A program made the translations under genes and the position numbers. The notes under the pieces are model-generated. The model saw only the letters and a program-made list of their open reading frames with translations. It was not told where the DNA came from and ran no database searches. A stretch of DNA of 64,000 nt from Candidatus Latescibacterota bacterium (GTDB taxonomy: Bacteria; Latescibacterota; UBA2968), in assembly GCA_965242535.1 (NCBI GenBank), contig OZ251458.1, positions 926,399-990,398 of the forward strand, in the 5' to 3' direction. Shown here piece after piece: positions 27,961 through 38,147 of this stretch. How positions within the stretch are numbered: the first letter of the stretch is position 1; each line of letters begins with the position of its first letter.

Positions 27961-28045
27961 GACGGGCACGGGGGCCTGTCCCTACGATTGCGATTGCTTC
28001 TCACCTCTCACCTCTCCCGTCTCCCGTCTCCCGTCTCCCGTCTTG
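27961..28045. repeat. REP-like hairpin (reverse orientation) plus (GGGAGAC)n tail and CTTGTATCTT
   Basis: Reverse complement of the canonical hairpin-GAAGATACAAG-(GGGAGAC)n composite. Confidence 0.85.
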
Positions 28046-28965
28046 TATCTTTCCTCTCTGAAATACCCCCGTTGCCGCATCAGCAGGCGGTAGAGGTCGG
28101 GGTGTTTTTTGAATGGTTCGCGGCCGTGCAGCCAGAAGTGGTTGTTGAGCACCAAGAGGTGATCCGGCGGCAGTGAGAGCGGGACTACGCCTGCGGATGC
28201 TTCCATCGAATCGGACAGATCGCGCAGGTATCGGGCCTGTGCGATGGTTTTGGGATACGCGAATTGATCGATAAAACACACGCAGGCTTTGCCATCCCGC
28301 TCGTAAAACGCGGTCTTTTCAACGGATGTGGGATAATTCTTGCTCGGCGGCGATTGGTAGGTCATGGGCAACGAAGCCAGCGGATGCCGGGCAAATCGCG
28401 CCAACGCCTCCCAATCGTCCAAATGCAACAAGCGCGATTCGCCCCCCACCGCATCGCGCTCGGCCATTTTCATCATCAAAATCCAGTCCGTCGTCTCGCG
28501 GATGTACGTGCCATCGGTGTGGAGCGTGAACAGGCGGTACGCTTGGCGCAAATACGAGTCGCTGTCGTCCGCGTCCCGCACCTCAAAGCAGGCGTAATAA
28601 TTTCCGGTCATATCGTCAAAATTGGGCATCCCGATCAGGTGTGAAACCGCCGTGCCAAACGCCACGCGCTGATCCTGGGTCTCAAACCCGCCTTCGACCG
28701 CGATGGTGAATCCACCCGTTGCGCGGTCTCGCACGAGCGCGTTGATCTGCGCGGCAAAATCCCCCCCGACGCTTCGTTGCAGGATATCCACGGCGATCAA
28801 TCGCAAATAGGGCACATAGGTCAAGCGTTGCTCAGACAAATCGCCGGTCTCGCGCACAAATCGCGCCGCGGCATCGCCGCCGATGGCGATGCGATGCAAC
28901 CGATGGTGCTCGGGATGTCGTTCAATCGCGTAGTTCAATGTCTGATCCTTTCCGTAGCCGGGCAC
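27982..28965 (-). CDS. TauD/TfdA-family Fe(II)/2-oxoglutarate dioxygenase
   Basis: LHTDGTY (HxD) and NHFWLHGR second His/Arg. The C-terminal 20 codons are read-through of the REP repeat, so the true stop context is uncertain. Confidence 0.6.
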   Translation of the reverse strand: MPGYGKDQTLNYAIERHPEHHRLHRIAIGGDAAARFVRETGDLSEQRLTYVPYLRLIAVDILQRSVGGDFAAQINALVRDRATGGFTIAVEGGFETQDQRVAFGTAVSHLIGMPNFDDMTGNYYACFEVRDADDSDSYLRQAYRLFTLHTDGTYIRETTDWILMMKMAERDAVGGESRLLHLDDWEALARFARHPLASLPMTYQSPPSKNYPTSVEKTAFYERDGKACVCFIDQFAYPKTIAQARYLRDLSDSMEASAGVVPLSLPPDHLLVLNNHFWLHGREPFKKHPDLYRLLMRQRGYFREERYKTGDGRRETGEVRGEKQSQS

Positions 28966-29197
28966 GGGGCCACGCCCCTGTGATTACCGTTCATCTTGGC
29001 TTTGTTGCATAAATAGGTGTTGCGCGGGATTGATTCTTTTTTTCATAAAATTAACCCTAGAATCCGAAACCTCAAACCGACCAAAGAAGAGAAGCGGCTG
29101 TTTATCGAGCAATACGGATCAAAACATAAATCCCAACGATCTGCACAGCGTGCATAATCCTTGGGGCAAAATTTCTCAATAACTCAAAAAGGAAGGA

Positions 29198-30112
29198 CTA
29201 CCCAATGTCAAATTCCCGTTCAAATGCCCGCCAGAGATCGCGATCGACAGCGGCCGTGGCGTCGGTGAGGACTTCGTCGAGTTCGCGGGGCGATGCCGGC
29301 CCGACCAAGAGCATGCCATTGCCATTGAGGGGCGCGGCCAGGCAAAATTGCAGGGCGAGGCGGCGAATGCTGATGCCGCTCTCCTGGCACCATGCCCACA
29401 TCGCAAGTGCGCGGTCCGCTTGCCCCGGATAGCGGCGGTCTGTCAATTCGGGATCGGGCTTGGGGCCGGCGAGCACGCCCATGCCCTGCACGCTGGCGAG
29501 GATGAGGCCCACGTCGCGTTCGAGCGCGAGCGGAATGGTCGTCTCGGCCGCGGTCTGACTGAGCAAGGTGTAGTCGAGAAATGTGATGACGATATCGCAA
29601 TGCCCGGTCTCGATGATGCGACGGTGGAACTCGTGCGAGCGGCAACCGATGCCCGTGTATCCGATCAGGCCCTCGTCCCTCATTTTCAAAATCTCGTCCA
29701 AAGCGTATCCCGGCGCGCACGTCTCGTCCATGTCTTGCGGGTCGTGGATGAGCACCGAGTCGAGATAGTCGGTCTCGAGTTGTCGCAGACTGTTCTCGAC
29801 TGTCCAGCGAATGGCTTTTGCCGAATAGTCGTGGCGCAGATCTGGATGCGTGCCGGCCTTGGTCTGAAGATAGACTTTTTCCCGGTACCCATCTCGAAGC
29901 GCGAGGCCCACACGGCGTTCGCTCTCGCCCCCGCCATACGCGGCAGACGTGTCGATAAAATCGATTCCCCGGTCGATGGCCTCGCGCACCGTGGCGATGC
30001 CCACATCGTCAGAGACGCGCTGTGGACTGCCGAGAAAGGCGCAGCCGAGGCCAATGGCTTTGGGTGTGAGTTCCGTGCGACCCAAGCGTCGCGTTTCGAG
30101 TTCGGGCATGGT
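29198..30112 (-). CDS. Aldo/keto reductase
   Basis: GLGCAFLG, DTSAAYGGGESERRVGLAL and IHDP motifs. ATG at 30112 with a GGAGAT ribosome-binding site. Confidence 0.8.
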   Translation of the reverse strand, partial: TMPELETRRLGRTELTPKAIGLGCAFLGSPQRVSDDVGIATVREAIDRGIDFIDTSAAYGGGESERRVGLALRDGYREKVYLQTKAGTHPDLRHDYSAKAIRWTVENSLRQLETDYLDSVLIHDPQDMDETCAPGYALDEILKMRDEGLIGYTGIGCRSHEFHRRIIETGHCDIVITFLDYTLLSQTAAETTIPLALERDVGLILASVQGMGVLAGPKPDPELTDRRYPGQADRALAMWAWCQESGISIRRLALQFCLAAPLNGNGMLLVGPASPRELDEVLTDATAAVDRDLWRAFEREFDIG

Positions 30113-30150
30113 ATCTCCTTTGGGTAGGGACAGACACGGAGGCTGAACAC

Positions 30151-31593
30151 TTACCTCTTGTCCGCACGGGATTGGACATAGCGCGCGAGCACCTCGAGGT
30201 TGCGGTTGAACGTGCGGCACGAGAGAATTTCCGCGTCGATGCGTTCCCGCCGGTTGTGTGGATTTCGCAAGGAGCCGCGTTCCACCCAGCGGCCCTGGTC
30301 GTCGAGTGCGGCGATGATTTGTCGCACTCGTTCGACCTCCGGGGCCGAGACGCGCCCGCGTTCTGCCAATAGTTTTTCGCGCCCCTCTGCTTTGACGCGC
30401 TGGTACAGGGCGTCGATCCTATCGACCCGGTTGCCACTCACCTTGAAGGCGTAATGCGTGGGCATGTCCGCATCGCTGTACGTGAGCGCGTAGTCGCGGG
30501 TAAAATACAGGGGGCGATTGGTCTGGAGTTCGTAAAAACGAGCCATGCGCCCATCGGGCAAGCGCGAGCGTTTGGCCCAATCGAGCGCGGGGGGAATGGG
30601 ATCGAGAAAGCGTTGCACCCCGGTTTGAATGTGCAAGTCCAAAAGCGTTTGCACGATCCCAAAACTCTCGCCGCCCGTGATGGCGGGCGGTTCAAATCGC
30701 CGCGCCCAAGCCGGCTCCATGTCCAGATTGTACTGCTGTGCCCAAGCGGGTTGTGGCGCGGGCATCTGCGCGAGCAAAATGAAATCGCCCCCGCGAATCG
30801 CCGCGTCCAAATAGCGCGAATCGCCGTAAATCGCATGGGCTTCGATCAGCGTTTCGATCACATCGGCTATCGCATTGTCGTTGAACGTGTAATGATCCAC
30901 ATAGCGCGTAGCCGGATGGGTTCGCGCCCAGGTTTTGGGATAGCGCGCTTTTTTGACCGGAAACTTTTCCGCATCGGGAAACGCTTCAAATCGCTGCGGC
31001 CACGCGCCGTTTGGATACTGCGCTTTGAGCAGGGCGTCGAGGCCAAATTGCGCGGCGGTGTGGATTTTCGCATCTTTGAAATCGCACGCCGCGTCCACGC
31101 GCATCAGCAGTTGCAACGCGCTTTGCGTGGTGTTGTCGTCTAGCGTGGTGCGATTGCGGCGGTCGCCCGTCTGCACATCGCCCCGCTCGACATCCCGGCG
31201 ATAGTGCCAGTGGTCGCGCTGTTCGGCGTCAAACGCGATGCGGTAATCCCAACCGCCCGACGCGAGTTGCCCCCAAGCGAGCGCGTGCGCCGCATCTATC
31301 GCGCCATTGAGAAACAGCGTATCGCGCGTGGCTTCGTACGCCGCGAGAAAGGCCATGCCCACCGCAGGCGTGCCGGGCGGTTGCACCCAAATCGTCATAG
31401 CCGACGCCGTGCCTTCGCCCTCGCGCATGGAGAAGTCGGTTTTGTATCGCCACAAATACCCGCCGTTCGCGGCGACATGCACGCGAAAATAGCGCGTGGC
31501 TTTCACCATCGCGTCAACAGCGGCACGGCGCTCGGCGTCATCGGCGTTGCTCGGCGCGCTGGCGAGGATGAGCAAGATGAGAAATTTTTTCAT
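30151..31593 (-). CDS. Secreted pectate lyase-like protein (PL10 / PelA-Pel-15E family, putative)
   Basis: Signal peptide MKKFLILLILASAPS. The W/Y-rich (alpha/alpha) barrel pattern was recalled as PL10-like. Not verifiable here. Confidence 0.45.
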   Translation of the reverse strand: MKKFLILLILASAPSNADDAERRAAVDAMVKATRYFRVHVAANGGYLWRYKTDFSMREGEGTASAMTIWVQPPGTPAVGMAFLAAYEATRDTLFLNGAIDAAHALAWGQLASGGWDYRIAFDAEQRDHWHYRRDVERGDVQTGDRRNRTTLDDNTTQSALQLLMRVDAACDFKDAKIHTAAQFGLDALLKAQYPNGAWPQRFEAFPDAEKFPVKKARYPKTWARTHPATRYVDHYTFNDNAIADVIETLIEAHAIYGDSRYLDAAIRGGDFILLAQMPAPQPAWAQQYNLDMEPAWARRFEPPAITGGESFGIVQTLLDLHIQTGVQRFLDPIPPALDWAKRSRLPDGRMARFYELQTNRPLYFTRDYALTYSDADMPTHYAFKVSGNRVDRIDALYQRVKAEGREKLLAERGRVSAPEVERVRQIIAALDDQGRWVERGSLRNPHNRRERIDAEILSCRTFNRNLEVLARYVQSRADKR

Positions 31594-31629
31594 GGATTGC
31601 CTTTTATTTTCGCGCTGTCGCCAATCGGC

Positions 31630-31655
31630 GGACAGGCACGGGGGCCTGTCCCTAC
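31630..31655. repeat. REP-like hairpin GGACAGGCACGGGGGCCTGTCCCTAC
   Basis: Family member, reverse orientation. Confidence 0.85.
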
Positions 31656-31787
31656 AACGGATGGGTGATGGGACCGATCCCCGATTCTCGCCTCCCGCCA
31701 TTTATACCCCATTCGCCGCTCGCGGTCAATCTCAAAATGGGCGCAGGGGTTGCGCTTTTGGCGTTGCGCGTGTAACTTGAAGTCTCA

Positions 31788-32465
31788 ATGGACATTCTCT
31801 ACCTCGACAACCATCTGCTGGTCGCGCGCAAACCCGCTGGCATGCTCATACAGGGCGACCACACGGCGGACGAGAATTTGCTCGACCTGGGCAAAGCCTA
31901 TCTCAAGGGCGCGTTCGACAAGCCCGGCAATGTGTTTCTCGGATTGGTTCACCGCTTGGATCGCCCCGTCTCTGGCGTGGTGGTCTTTGCGCGCACGTCA
32001 ACCGCCGCGCGCCGCTTGTCGGATCAGTTCCGCAGGCGAACCGTTGAAAAACGCTATGTCGCACTGGTGGAGGGCAAAGTTGCCAAAACAGGGCGACTGG
32101 TGCATGGCATCGCGCGGCGGCAGACCAAGAGCCGTATCGTATCGCACGCGGGCCAACGCGCCGAACTCTCGTTTGAGCGGTTGGCCTATCGCCGCGGCTT
32201 ATCCCACATCCGCGTGAACCTCGCCACGGGGCGCCACCACCAGATTCGCGTGCAGTTCGCGCATATCGGGCATCCGATATTGGGCGATTTCAAATACGGA
32301 TCGCGCGAGCCATTCCCCAACCGCGCCATCGCCCTCCACGCACAATCCATCCGCGTGACGCATCCGACGAAAAGAGAACGCATGACCTTTGAAGCCGAGC
32401 TAGAATCGTTTTGGCCCAAGGGATTTACACACCTGTCGAAAGGATCGCCATGGCCGAGCAGGTGA
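31788..32465 (+). CDS. RluA-family pseudouridine synthase
   Basis: HRLDRPVSGVVVFART catalytic-Asp motif. Confidence 0.8.
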   Translation: MDILYLDNHLLVARKPAGMLIQGDHTADENLLDLGKAYLKGAFDKPGNVFLGLVHRLDRPVSGVVVFARTSTAARRLSDQFRRRTVEKRYVALVEGKVAKTGRLVHGIARRQTKSRIVSHAGQRAELSFERLAYRRGLSHIRVNLATGRHHQIRVQFAHIGHPILGDFKYGSREPFPNRAIALHAQSIRVTHPTKRERMTFEAELESFWPKGFTHLSKGSPWPSR

Positions 32466-33343
32466 TCTACCGCGACCGCAAAACGGGTGAGATGATCGCC
32501 GAACCGCTGATTTTGCCCAGGGTTCAATACGCCCTTGTGCGGTCTCGCGCGGCGATGTGGATCGGCGATATGCTCCTCAACACGCATGCGTTTTGCTGGC
32601 TGATGGGCAAGGGGATGGATTGGGCGGGATCGCGGAAGAACATTCGATCCTTTGCGAAAAAACACGGTATCGAGCTCGGCGAAGTCGCGTTGCCCATCGA
32701 TCGATACAGAAATTTGAATGCGTTTTTCGCGCGCGCGCTCAAACCCGGCGCGCGCCCCTTTGCGCCCGATCCGCAGGTCTTCTGCTCGCCCGCGGATGGC
32801 AAGGTGCTGGCCTATCCCAAACTCTGCGAACGAACCCGGTTGCCGGTCAAAGGCGCGCATGTGGATATCGCCCATCTCATGGCATCGCAAATCTCGGCAA
32901 CGCCGTACCGCAAGGGCGCCGCGCTGGCGATTCGCTTGGCGCCGGCGGATTATCACCGCTTTCACTTTCCGGCCGATGGCATCGCAACCGCATCGACTGA
33001 AATTTCTGGACGCTATTATTTGGTCAACCCCATCTCGCTCGCCGCCAAACCCGATCTGTTCGCCCACAACAAGCGCGCGATCACCTACCTCGAAACCGCG
33101 CGCTTTGGCCGGGTGATGATCATGGAAATCGCGGGCTGGGCCGTGGGCCGCATCGTCCAAACCTACCGAGCGGGCCGGGTTGCGCGCGGCGCGGAAAAGG
33201 GCTATTTCCAATTTGGCGGATCCACGCTGGTTCTCCTGTTCGAGCCCGGGCGCATCGCCTTTGACGAGGATTTGATCCGCGATACGCGGGCGGGCATCGA
33301 AGTCCAAGTTCTGGCGGGATCGCAACTGGGCGTTTCCACATAA
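32450..33343 (+). CDS. psd: Phosphatidylserine decarboxylase proenzyme
   Basis: YHRFHFP motif and the FGGST self-cleavage site. AAAGGA ribosome-binding site before the ATG at 32450. Overlaps the rluA-like gene by 16 nt. Confidence 0.8.
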   Translation: MAEQVIYRDRKTGEMIAEPLILPRVQYALVRSRAAMWIGDMLLNTHAFCWLMGKGMDWAGSRKNIRSFAKKHGIELGEVALPIDRYRNLNAFFARALKPGARPFAPDPQVFCSPADGKVLAYPKLCERTRLPVKGAHVDIAHLMASQISATPYRKGAALAIRLAPADYHRFHFPADGIATASTEISGRYYLVNPISLAAKPDLFAHNKRAITYLETARFGRVMIMEIAGWAVGRIVQTYRAGRVARGAEKGYFQFGGSTLVLLFEPGRIAFDEDLIRDTRAGIEVQVLAGSQLGVST

Positions 33344-33357
33344 CACAGGTGGTTTTT

Positions 33358-34695
33358 ATGCCGACGGTTAACCTCATCACCCTGGGCTGCCCGAAAAACA
33401 CGGTCGATTCCGAGCGCATGCACCGCCTCCTCGCGCTCAATGGGTACGACCTGTCGGACCATGCCGAAGACGCCGATATCATCGTGGTCAATACCTGCGG
33501 ATTCATCGCGCCGGCCAAAGAGGAATCCATTGCGACCGCGCTGGACGCCGCCGAGTACAAGGACAAAGGCAGGTGCCGCGGGGTGATCGTCACCGGTTGC
33601 TTGGCCGAGCGATACCGCAAAGAATTGGAAGCCGAACTCGTGGAGGCGGACCTGATCGTGGGCCTTGCGGGCGAGCGCGATATCGTGGCGCATTGCGATC
33701 GCTTGCTGGGCACGTCGCGCATCCAGACGATTCGGGACGCGGAGTCTCGGCACTTGCTCACGCCAAAACACTGGGCGTATTTGCGAATCTCGGATGGCTG
33801 CGACCGGACGTGTGCGTTTTGCGCCATCCCCAGTTTTCGCGGGAAAAACCAGAGCGAAGACCTCTATCGTTTGGTCGCCGAAGCCCATCGCATGGTCGCC
33901 CATGGCGTGCGCGAAATCGCCCTCGTCGCGCAGGATACCATGCGCTACGGCGCGGATGGGTACGGCAAGCCCCGATTGACGGATTTGCTCAAGGCGTTGG
34001 TCGAGATCGACGGCCTCGATTGGGTGCGCCTGCTCTACGCCTATCCGACGGGTTGGCGCGATGAGTTGATCGATCTGTTGGCGAGCGAAGAGAAATTGTG
34101 CGGGTACATCGACTTGCCCATTCAGCACGCATCCGACCCCATTTTGAAGGCGATGAACCGCGGCACCACGCAAGCGGGCATCCGCGAGTTGATCCACACC
34201 TTGCGCGCGCGCATCCCCAATTTGACCTTGCGGTCGTCGATCATCGCGGGATTCCCGGGGGAGCGCGATGAACACGTCGCGGAACTGATGGATTTTGTCG
34301 ATGAAATGCGATTCAATCGCCTCGTGGGCTTCACCTATTCCCACGAAGAGGGCACGCGAGCGAGCCGTTTGACCGATGACGTGCCCGATGACGTCAAGCG
34401 CGAACGGCTCGACGATCTGATGGCATTGCAGGCGCGCATCTCGGGGGAATTGAACGCCGCACACATTGGGCATACGTTCAAAGTGCTGGTGGACGAGATG
34501 TCAGACGATCCGGCCTATCACTATGTGGGCCGCACGCGCATGGACGCGCCCGAGATCGACGGCGCCGTGTTCTTCACCGGCCCCGCCCAAATCGGCGATT
34601 TCGTCGAAGTCGAGATCACCGACGCCACCGAGCACGACCTAATCGGGCATGTCGTCAAGACCCCTGCGTTGCTAAAAATTAGCACGCCGCTTTGA
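33358..34695 (+). CDS. rimO: Ribosomal protein S12 methylthiotransferase RimO (MiaB-family radical SAM)
   Basis: LITLGCPKNTVDSE N-terminal motif, CDRTCAFCAIP radical-SAM cluster and C-terminal TRAM. AGGTGG ribosome-binding site. Confidence 0.75.
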   Translation: MPTVNLITLGCPKNTVDSERMHRLLALNGYDLSDHAEDADIIVVNTCGFIAPAKEESIATALDAAEYKDKGRCRGVIVTGCLAERYRKELEAELVEADLIVGLAGERDIVAHCDRLLGTSRIQTIRDAESRHLLTPKHWAYLRISDGCDRTCAFCAIPSFRGKNQSEDLYRLVAEAHRMVAHGVREIALVAQDTMRYGADGYGKPRLTDLLKALVEIDGLDWVRLLYAYPTGWRDELIDLLASEEKLCGYIDLPIQHASDPILKAMNRGTTQAGIRELIHTLRARIPNLTLRSSIIAGFPGERDEHVAELMDFVDEMRFNRLVGFTYSHEEGTRASRLTDDVPDDVKRERLDDLMALQARISGELNAAHIGHTFKVLVDEMSDDPAYHYVGRTRMDAPEIDGAVFFTGPAQIGDFVEVEITDATEHDLIGHVVKTPALLKISTPL

Positions 34696-34732
34696 GCGGT
34701 CCGTTGTCAGTCCTGCCCGCGTCCATATCTTT

Positions 34733-34781
34733 AAAAAAAAAGAAGCCCAGGTTCACGATGAACTCGGGCTTTCATTTTTTG
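34733..34781. terminator. Bidirectional rho-independent terminator candidate (A-run, GC hairpin, T-run)
   Basis: AAAAAAAAAGAAGCCCAGGTTCACGATGAACTCGGGCTTTCATTTTTT lies between convergent rimO and the small coiled-coil gene. Confidence 0.6.
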
Positions 34782-34795
34782 AACGGATACAGTCC

Positions 34796-35278
34796 TTAAC
34801 CACCGGTCGCTTGCTTTGCCGATTGCTGATCGCCGACCGTTTGCGGACTTGGGGCTTGGACTTGAGGACTAGGGCCGTTTCTCAATCGTCTGTACGTGTC
34901 ATAGCCTAGGGTAATGGCAATGGGCGCGACGAGAGCCGAAATAATGCCCATAAACCAATAAAACATGGTGTTCATCCGATTGTGCAACTGTTCAAATTGG
35001 GCGTCCATCTTTTTATTTTGCTCGTCGAATTTGGCGTCCATCTTTTTATTCAGCGCGTCTTGTCTGTCCTCAACGCGATCAAGTCTGTTTTCAACGCGAT
35101 CGAGCCGTTTGTCCATTTGTTCAACGATGCCAATCAACTTGCCAAGTTCGGTTTGGTTTTGAGACATCCTCGTATCTCGTGCCGGTTTTTGACTGGCCTG
35201 CTGTTGGGCGTCAATCGGTGCGGCGAGCATCCAGGTCAATGAAATGCAAACGATCCATAAGATGTTTTTCATGTTCAT
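34796..35278 (-). CDS. Small secreted/membrane-anchored coiled-coil protein (paralogue 1; XhlA/DUF1640-like architecture)
   Basis: Signal peptide, RLDRVENRLDRVEDRQD heptads, C-terminal TM FYWFMGIISALVAPIAITLGY. Paralogues at 49574 and 60322. Confidence 0.6.
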   Translation of the reverse strand: MNMKNILWIVCISLTWMLAAPIDAQQQASQKPARDTRMSQNQTELGKLIGIVEQMDKRLDRVENRLDRVEDRQDALNKKMDAKFDEQNKKMDAQFEQLHNRMNTMFYWFMGIISALVAPIAITLGYDTYRRLRNGPSPQVQAPSPQTVGDQQSAKQATGG

Positions 35279-35719
35279 GTCCTTTCACGAGTGACATGTG
35301 AATTTGCATCTTACAAAGATACGCCCTTTTTGACGGATGTCAACTTTCGTCCGGCCCCCAAAACTACCGGTCGCTTGCTTTGCCGATTGCTGATCGCCAA
35401 ATCTCTGCCGCGGTCAACCGCCTGTACGTGCCCCGATCATCCCCTACCTGCCCTTGCCTTTCCTCCTCGCTCTCTGCCCTCTGCCCTCCTCTCGCCTTTA
35501 ATCCGCCTTTCGCTTTTTCTTTGTCGGCCCTGTGAGCTACGCCTCTGTCTGCTCTGTGCTTTGCCCTCTGCCCCACTCTCGTTTTTAATCCGCCTTTAAT
35601 CCCCTAATCCGTGTAATCCGCGATTCAGACAGGGATTGTAAAATGGGAGAATGGTAACTATATTTGTCGCAACGGGAAAAACAGCAATCGGCGTTCAGCC
35701 CACTTCTCCGGAGAAACCC

Positions 35720-36184
35720 ATGACCATCATCGCAGCGATGGATAAAAACCGCGTGATTGGAAAAGAAAACAAAATGCCATGGCACATCTCGGCAGAGTCG
35801 AAGCACTTTCGGCGGACGACGAACGGGCACGTCGTCTTGATGGGGCGAAAGACCTATCGATCTATCGGGAGCAAACCCCTGCCGGGCCGCCCGCATGTGA
35901 TCGTGAGCCGATCCATGCCCGAGGCCAAAGATGTGGATGTTTGCCGATCGCTCGAAGAAGCGATCCAAAAAGCCGAGTCTTACGGCCGCGAAGTATTCAT
36001 CTGCGGGGGCAGTGAAATTTACCGCGCGACCCTCCCAAAAGCCGACCGCATGATCCTGTCGCATATCCACGCCGAGTACGAAGGCGACGCGTACTTCCCC
36101 GAGTTCGATGAATGGGACTGGGCGATCACGCAAAAAGAGACACACGATCAATTCACGGTGGTCTATTACGAGCGCGAAAAATAG
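35720..36184 (+). CDS. folA: Dihydrofolate reductase
   Basis: MTIIAAMDKNRVIGKENKMPW...VVLMGRKTY...ICGGSEIY motifs. Confidence 0.9.
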   Translation: MTIIAAMDKNRVIGKENKMPWHISAESKHFRRTTNGHVVLMGRKTYRSIGSKPLPGRPHVIVSRSMPEAKDVDVCRSLEEAIQKAESYGREVFICGGSEIYRATLPKADRMILSHIHAEYEGDAYFPEFDEWDWAITQKETHDQFTVVYYEREK

Positions 36185-36219
36185 AAGAAACCGCTTTGAA
36201 TCATCGATGGAGTTTTTTC

Positions 36220-37059
36220 ATGCACACGTATCTCGATCAGTTGCGATATATCCTCGATCACGGCGTTGAAAAAAGTGACCGCACGGGCGTGGGGACGATC
36301 TCGTGTTTTGGTCTGCAAGCGCGCTACGCGATGGCCGATGGCTTTCCCGCTGTGACGACCAAGCGATTGGTGTGGAAGTCCCTGCTCTCGGAGCTGCTGT
36401 GGTTCGTGTCGGGGTCGGACAACATCCGCGATCTGAAAGCCCGTCTGAAAAGCAACCGCCTGTGGGATGGCAATTACGAGGATTATTTGAACCGCTTGGG
36501 GCGAGATGCAAATGACGGTGGCATGGGGCGCATCTACGGCGTGCAGTGGCGGCGCTGGCAAGGGGCAAATGGCGAGGTGGTCGATCAACTCCAAGAGGCG
36601 ATAGATTTGATTCGGGAAAATCCCGAATCCCGACGCATTTTGGTCAATGCGTGGCATGCGGCCGAAATAAGCCCTCAGAAAGTGGCCCTGCCCCCGTGTC
36701 ATGTCCTGTTTCAATTTTACGTGGCCGAGGGCAAATTGTCTTTGCAGATGTATCAGCGATCATGCGACATGTTTTTGGGCGTTCCGCTCAACATCGCGTC
36801 CTATTCCACCTTGTTGCACATGGTCGCCAAAATCACGGGGCTGGTGCCGCACGAATTTATTCACGTCCTCGGCGATGCCCACATTTATCTCGACCATCTC
36901 GACGCGGTCAAAGCGCAACTTTCGCGCACGCCGTATCCCCTGCCCCAGTTGCGGATCGCCGACCGCGGCCAAACCGAGATCGACCATTTTGCGATGGACG
37001 ATTTTGACCTGATCGATTACCAGCACCACCCGACCATCCGCGCGAAAATGGCGGTGTGA
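36220..37059 (+). CDS. thyA: Thymidylate synthase
   Basis: DRTGVGT, LPPCH active-site Cys and ASYSTLLHMVA motifs. Directly downstream of folA. Confidence 0.9.
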   Translation: MHTYLDQLRYILDHGVEKSDRTGVGTISCFGLQARYAMADGFPAVTTKRLVWKSLLSELLWFVSGSDNIRDLKARLKSNRLWDGNYEDYLNRLGRDANDGGMGRIYGVQWRRWQGANGEVVDQLQEAIDLIRENPESRRILVNAWHAAEISPQKVALPPCHVLFQFYVAEGKLSLQMYQRSCDMFLGVPLNIASYSTLLHMVAKITGLVPHEFIHVLGDAHIYLDHLDAVKAQLSRTPYPLPQLRIADRGQTEIDHFAMDDFDLIDYQHHPTIRAKMAV

Positions 37060-37256
37060 AGGCGAGGAGAATAATCCAGGTCCGATCTCGTTCGGCGAGG
37101 GAGTCCGAATCATCTTAAAACGGCTTCCTCCCGCGTCCAAAGGCCATCGACAGAACGATGGTTGAAACCACAGCGCGAGGCTTTGTCTTGCGCCTTTTTG
37201 TCGTCTCCCATATCTTTTGTCAACGCGATGCCACCATTTTTCAGGAGAAACAGATC

Positions 37257-38147
37257 ATGTCATTGACACGAGAACAGGTCGATCGCTATCGCGAGCAGGG
37301 GTTTTTGATCGCGGAGGGCGTGTTGGACGATGATGCCTTTGAACCGATTGAACATGCGTATGACGTGCTGATCAATCAGAAGGCGCAAACGCTCTTGGCA
37401 GAAGGCGCGATTTCATCGGTGCATGCAGACGCGCCATTTGGCTATCGGCTCGCCGCGATCGCCCGAGAGTTGGACGATGGGGGATACGACGCGTTGCGCG
37501 GTTTTACGGGTGGGTTGGACATCATGCACGCGCGCGTGAAACCGATGTTCGATATTTTCTTTGATGAAAACTTGTTGTCCGCGGTCGCGTCCTTGATCGG
37601 CCCGGAGATCACGCTGAGTCCCATTCAACACTTTCGCCCCTATTTGCCCGCGCGCGAAAAACAGCCCGGGCAAGTGCCGTGGCATCAGGATCAGGGCGTG
37701 ACCAAAGAAGAGGCCGATGTTTCGGAAATCATAACCTGTTGGATTCCACTCGTGGATGTGACGCCGGAACGCGGGTGCTTGCAAGTGTTGCCGCGCGTCG
37801 TGCCCATGGGCCTGCTCGAACACCAGCGCGAGGGCGGTACGATGATCAAGCCCCAGTTTATGCCCGAACGCGACCCCGTCAACTGCGCGATGAAGCGCGG
37901 CGACGTGCTGCTGATGAGCGCGTACACGCCGCACAGGGGACAGCCCAATCGGTCAAACCTCGTGCGCTGGAGCATGGATTTGCGCTTTCAAAAAACCGGC
38001 ACGCCCACGGGGCGGCCGTTCTGGCCCGAGTTCATCGTCCACAGCGAAGAAGACCCCAGCCGCGTGCAAGACGGCTTTGACGACTGGTGCAAACGCTGGA
38101 TCACGGACCTGCGAAACAGCAAGGGCATCCACTTGCATCGGGTATAA
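37257..38147 (+). CDS. Phytanoyl-CoA dioxygenase (PhyH) family oxygenase
   Basis: WHQDQG...D and a distal His in HRG. CAGGAGAAA ribosome-binding site. Confidence 0.7.
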   Translation: MSLTREQVDRYREQGFLIAEGVLDDDAFEPIEHAYDVLINQKAQTLLAEGAISSVHADAPFGYRLAAIARELDDGGYDALRGFTGGLDIMHARVKPMFDIFFDENLLSAVASLIGPEITLSPIQHFRPYLPAREKQPGQVPWHQDQGVTKEEADVSEIITCWIPLVDVTPERGCLQVLPRVVPMGLLEHQREGGTMIKPQFMPERDPVNCAMKRGDVLLMSAYTPHRGQPNRSNLVRWSMDLRFQKTGTPTGRPFWPEFIVHSEEDPSRVQDGFDDWCKRWITDLRNSKGIHLHRV

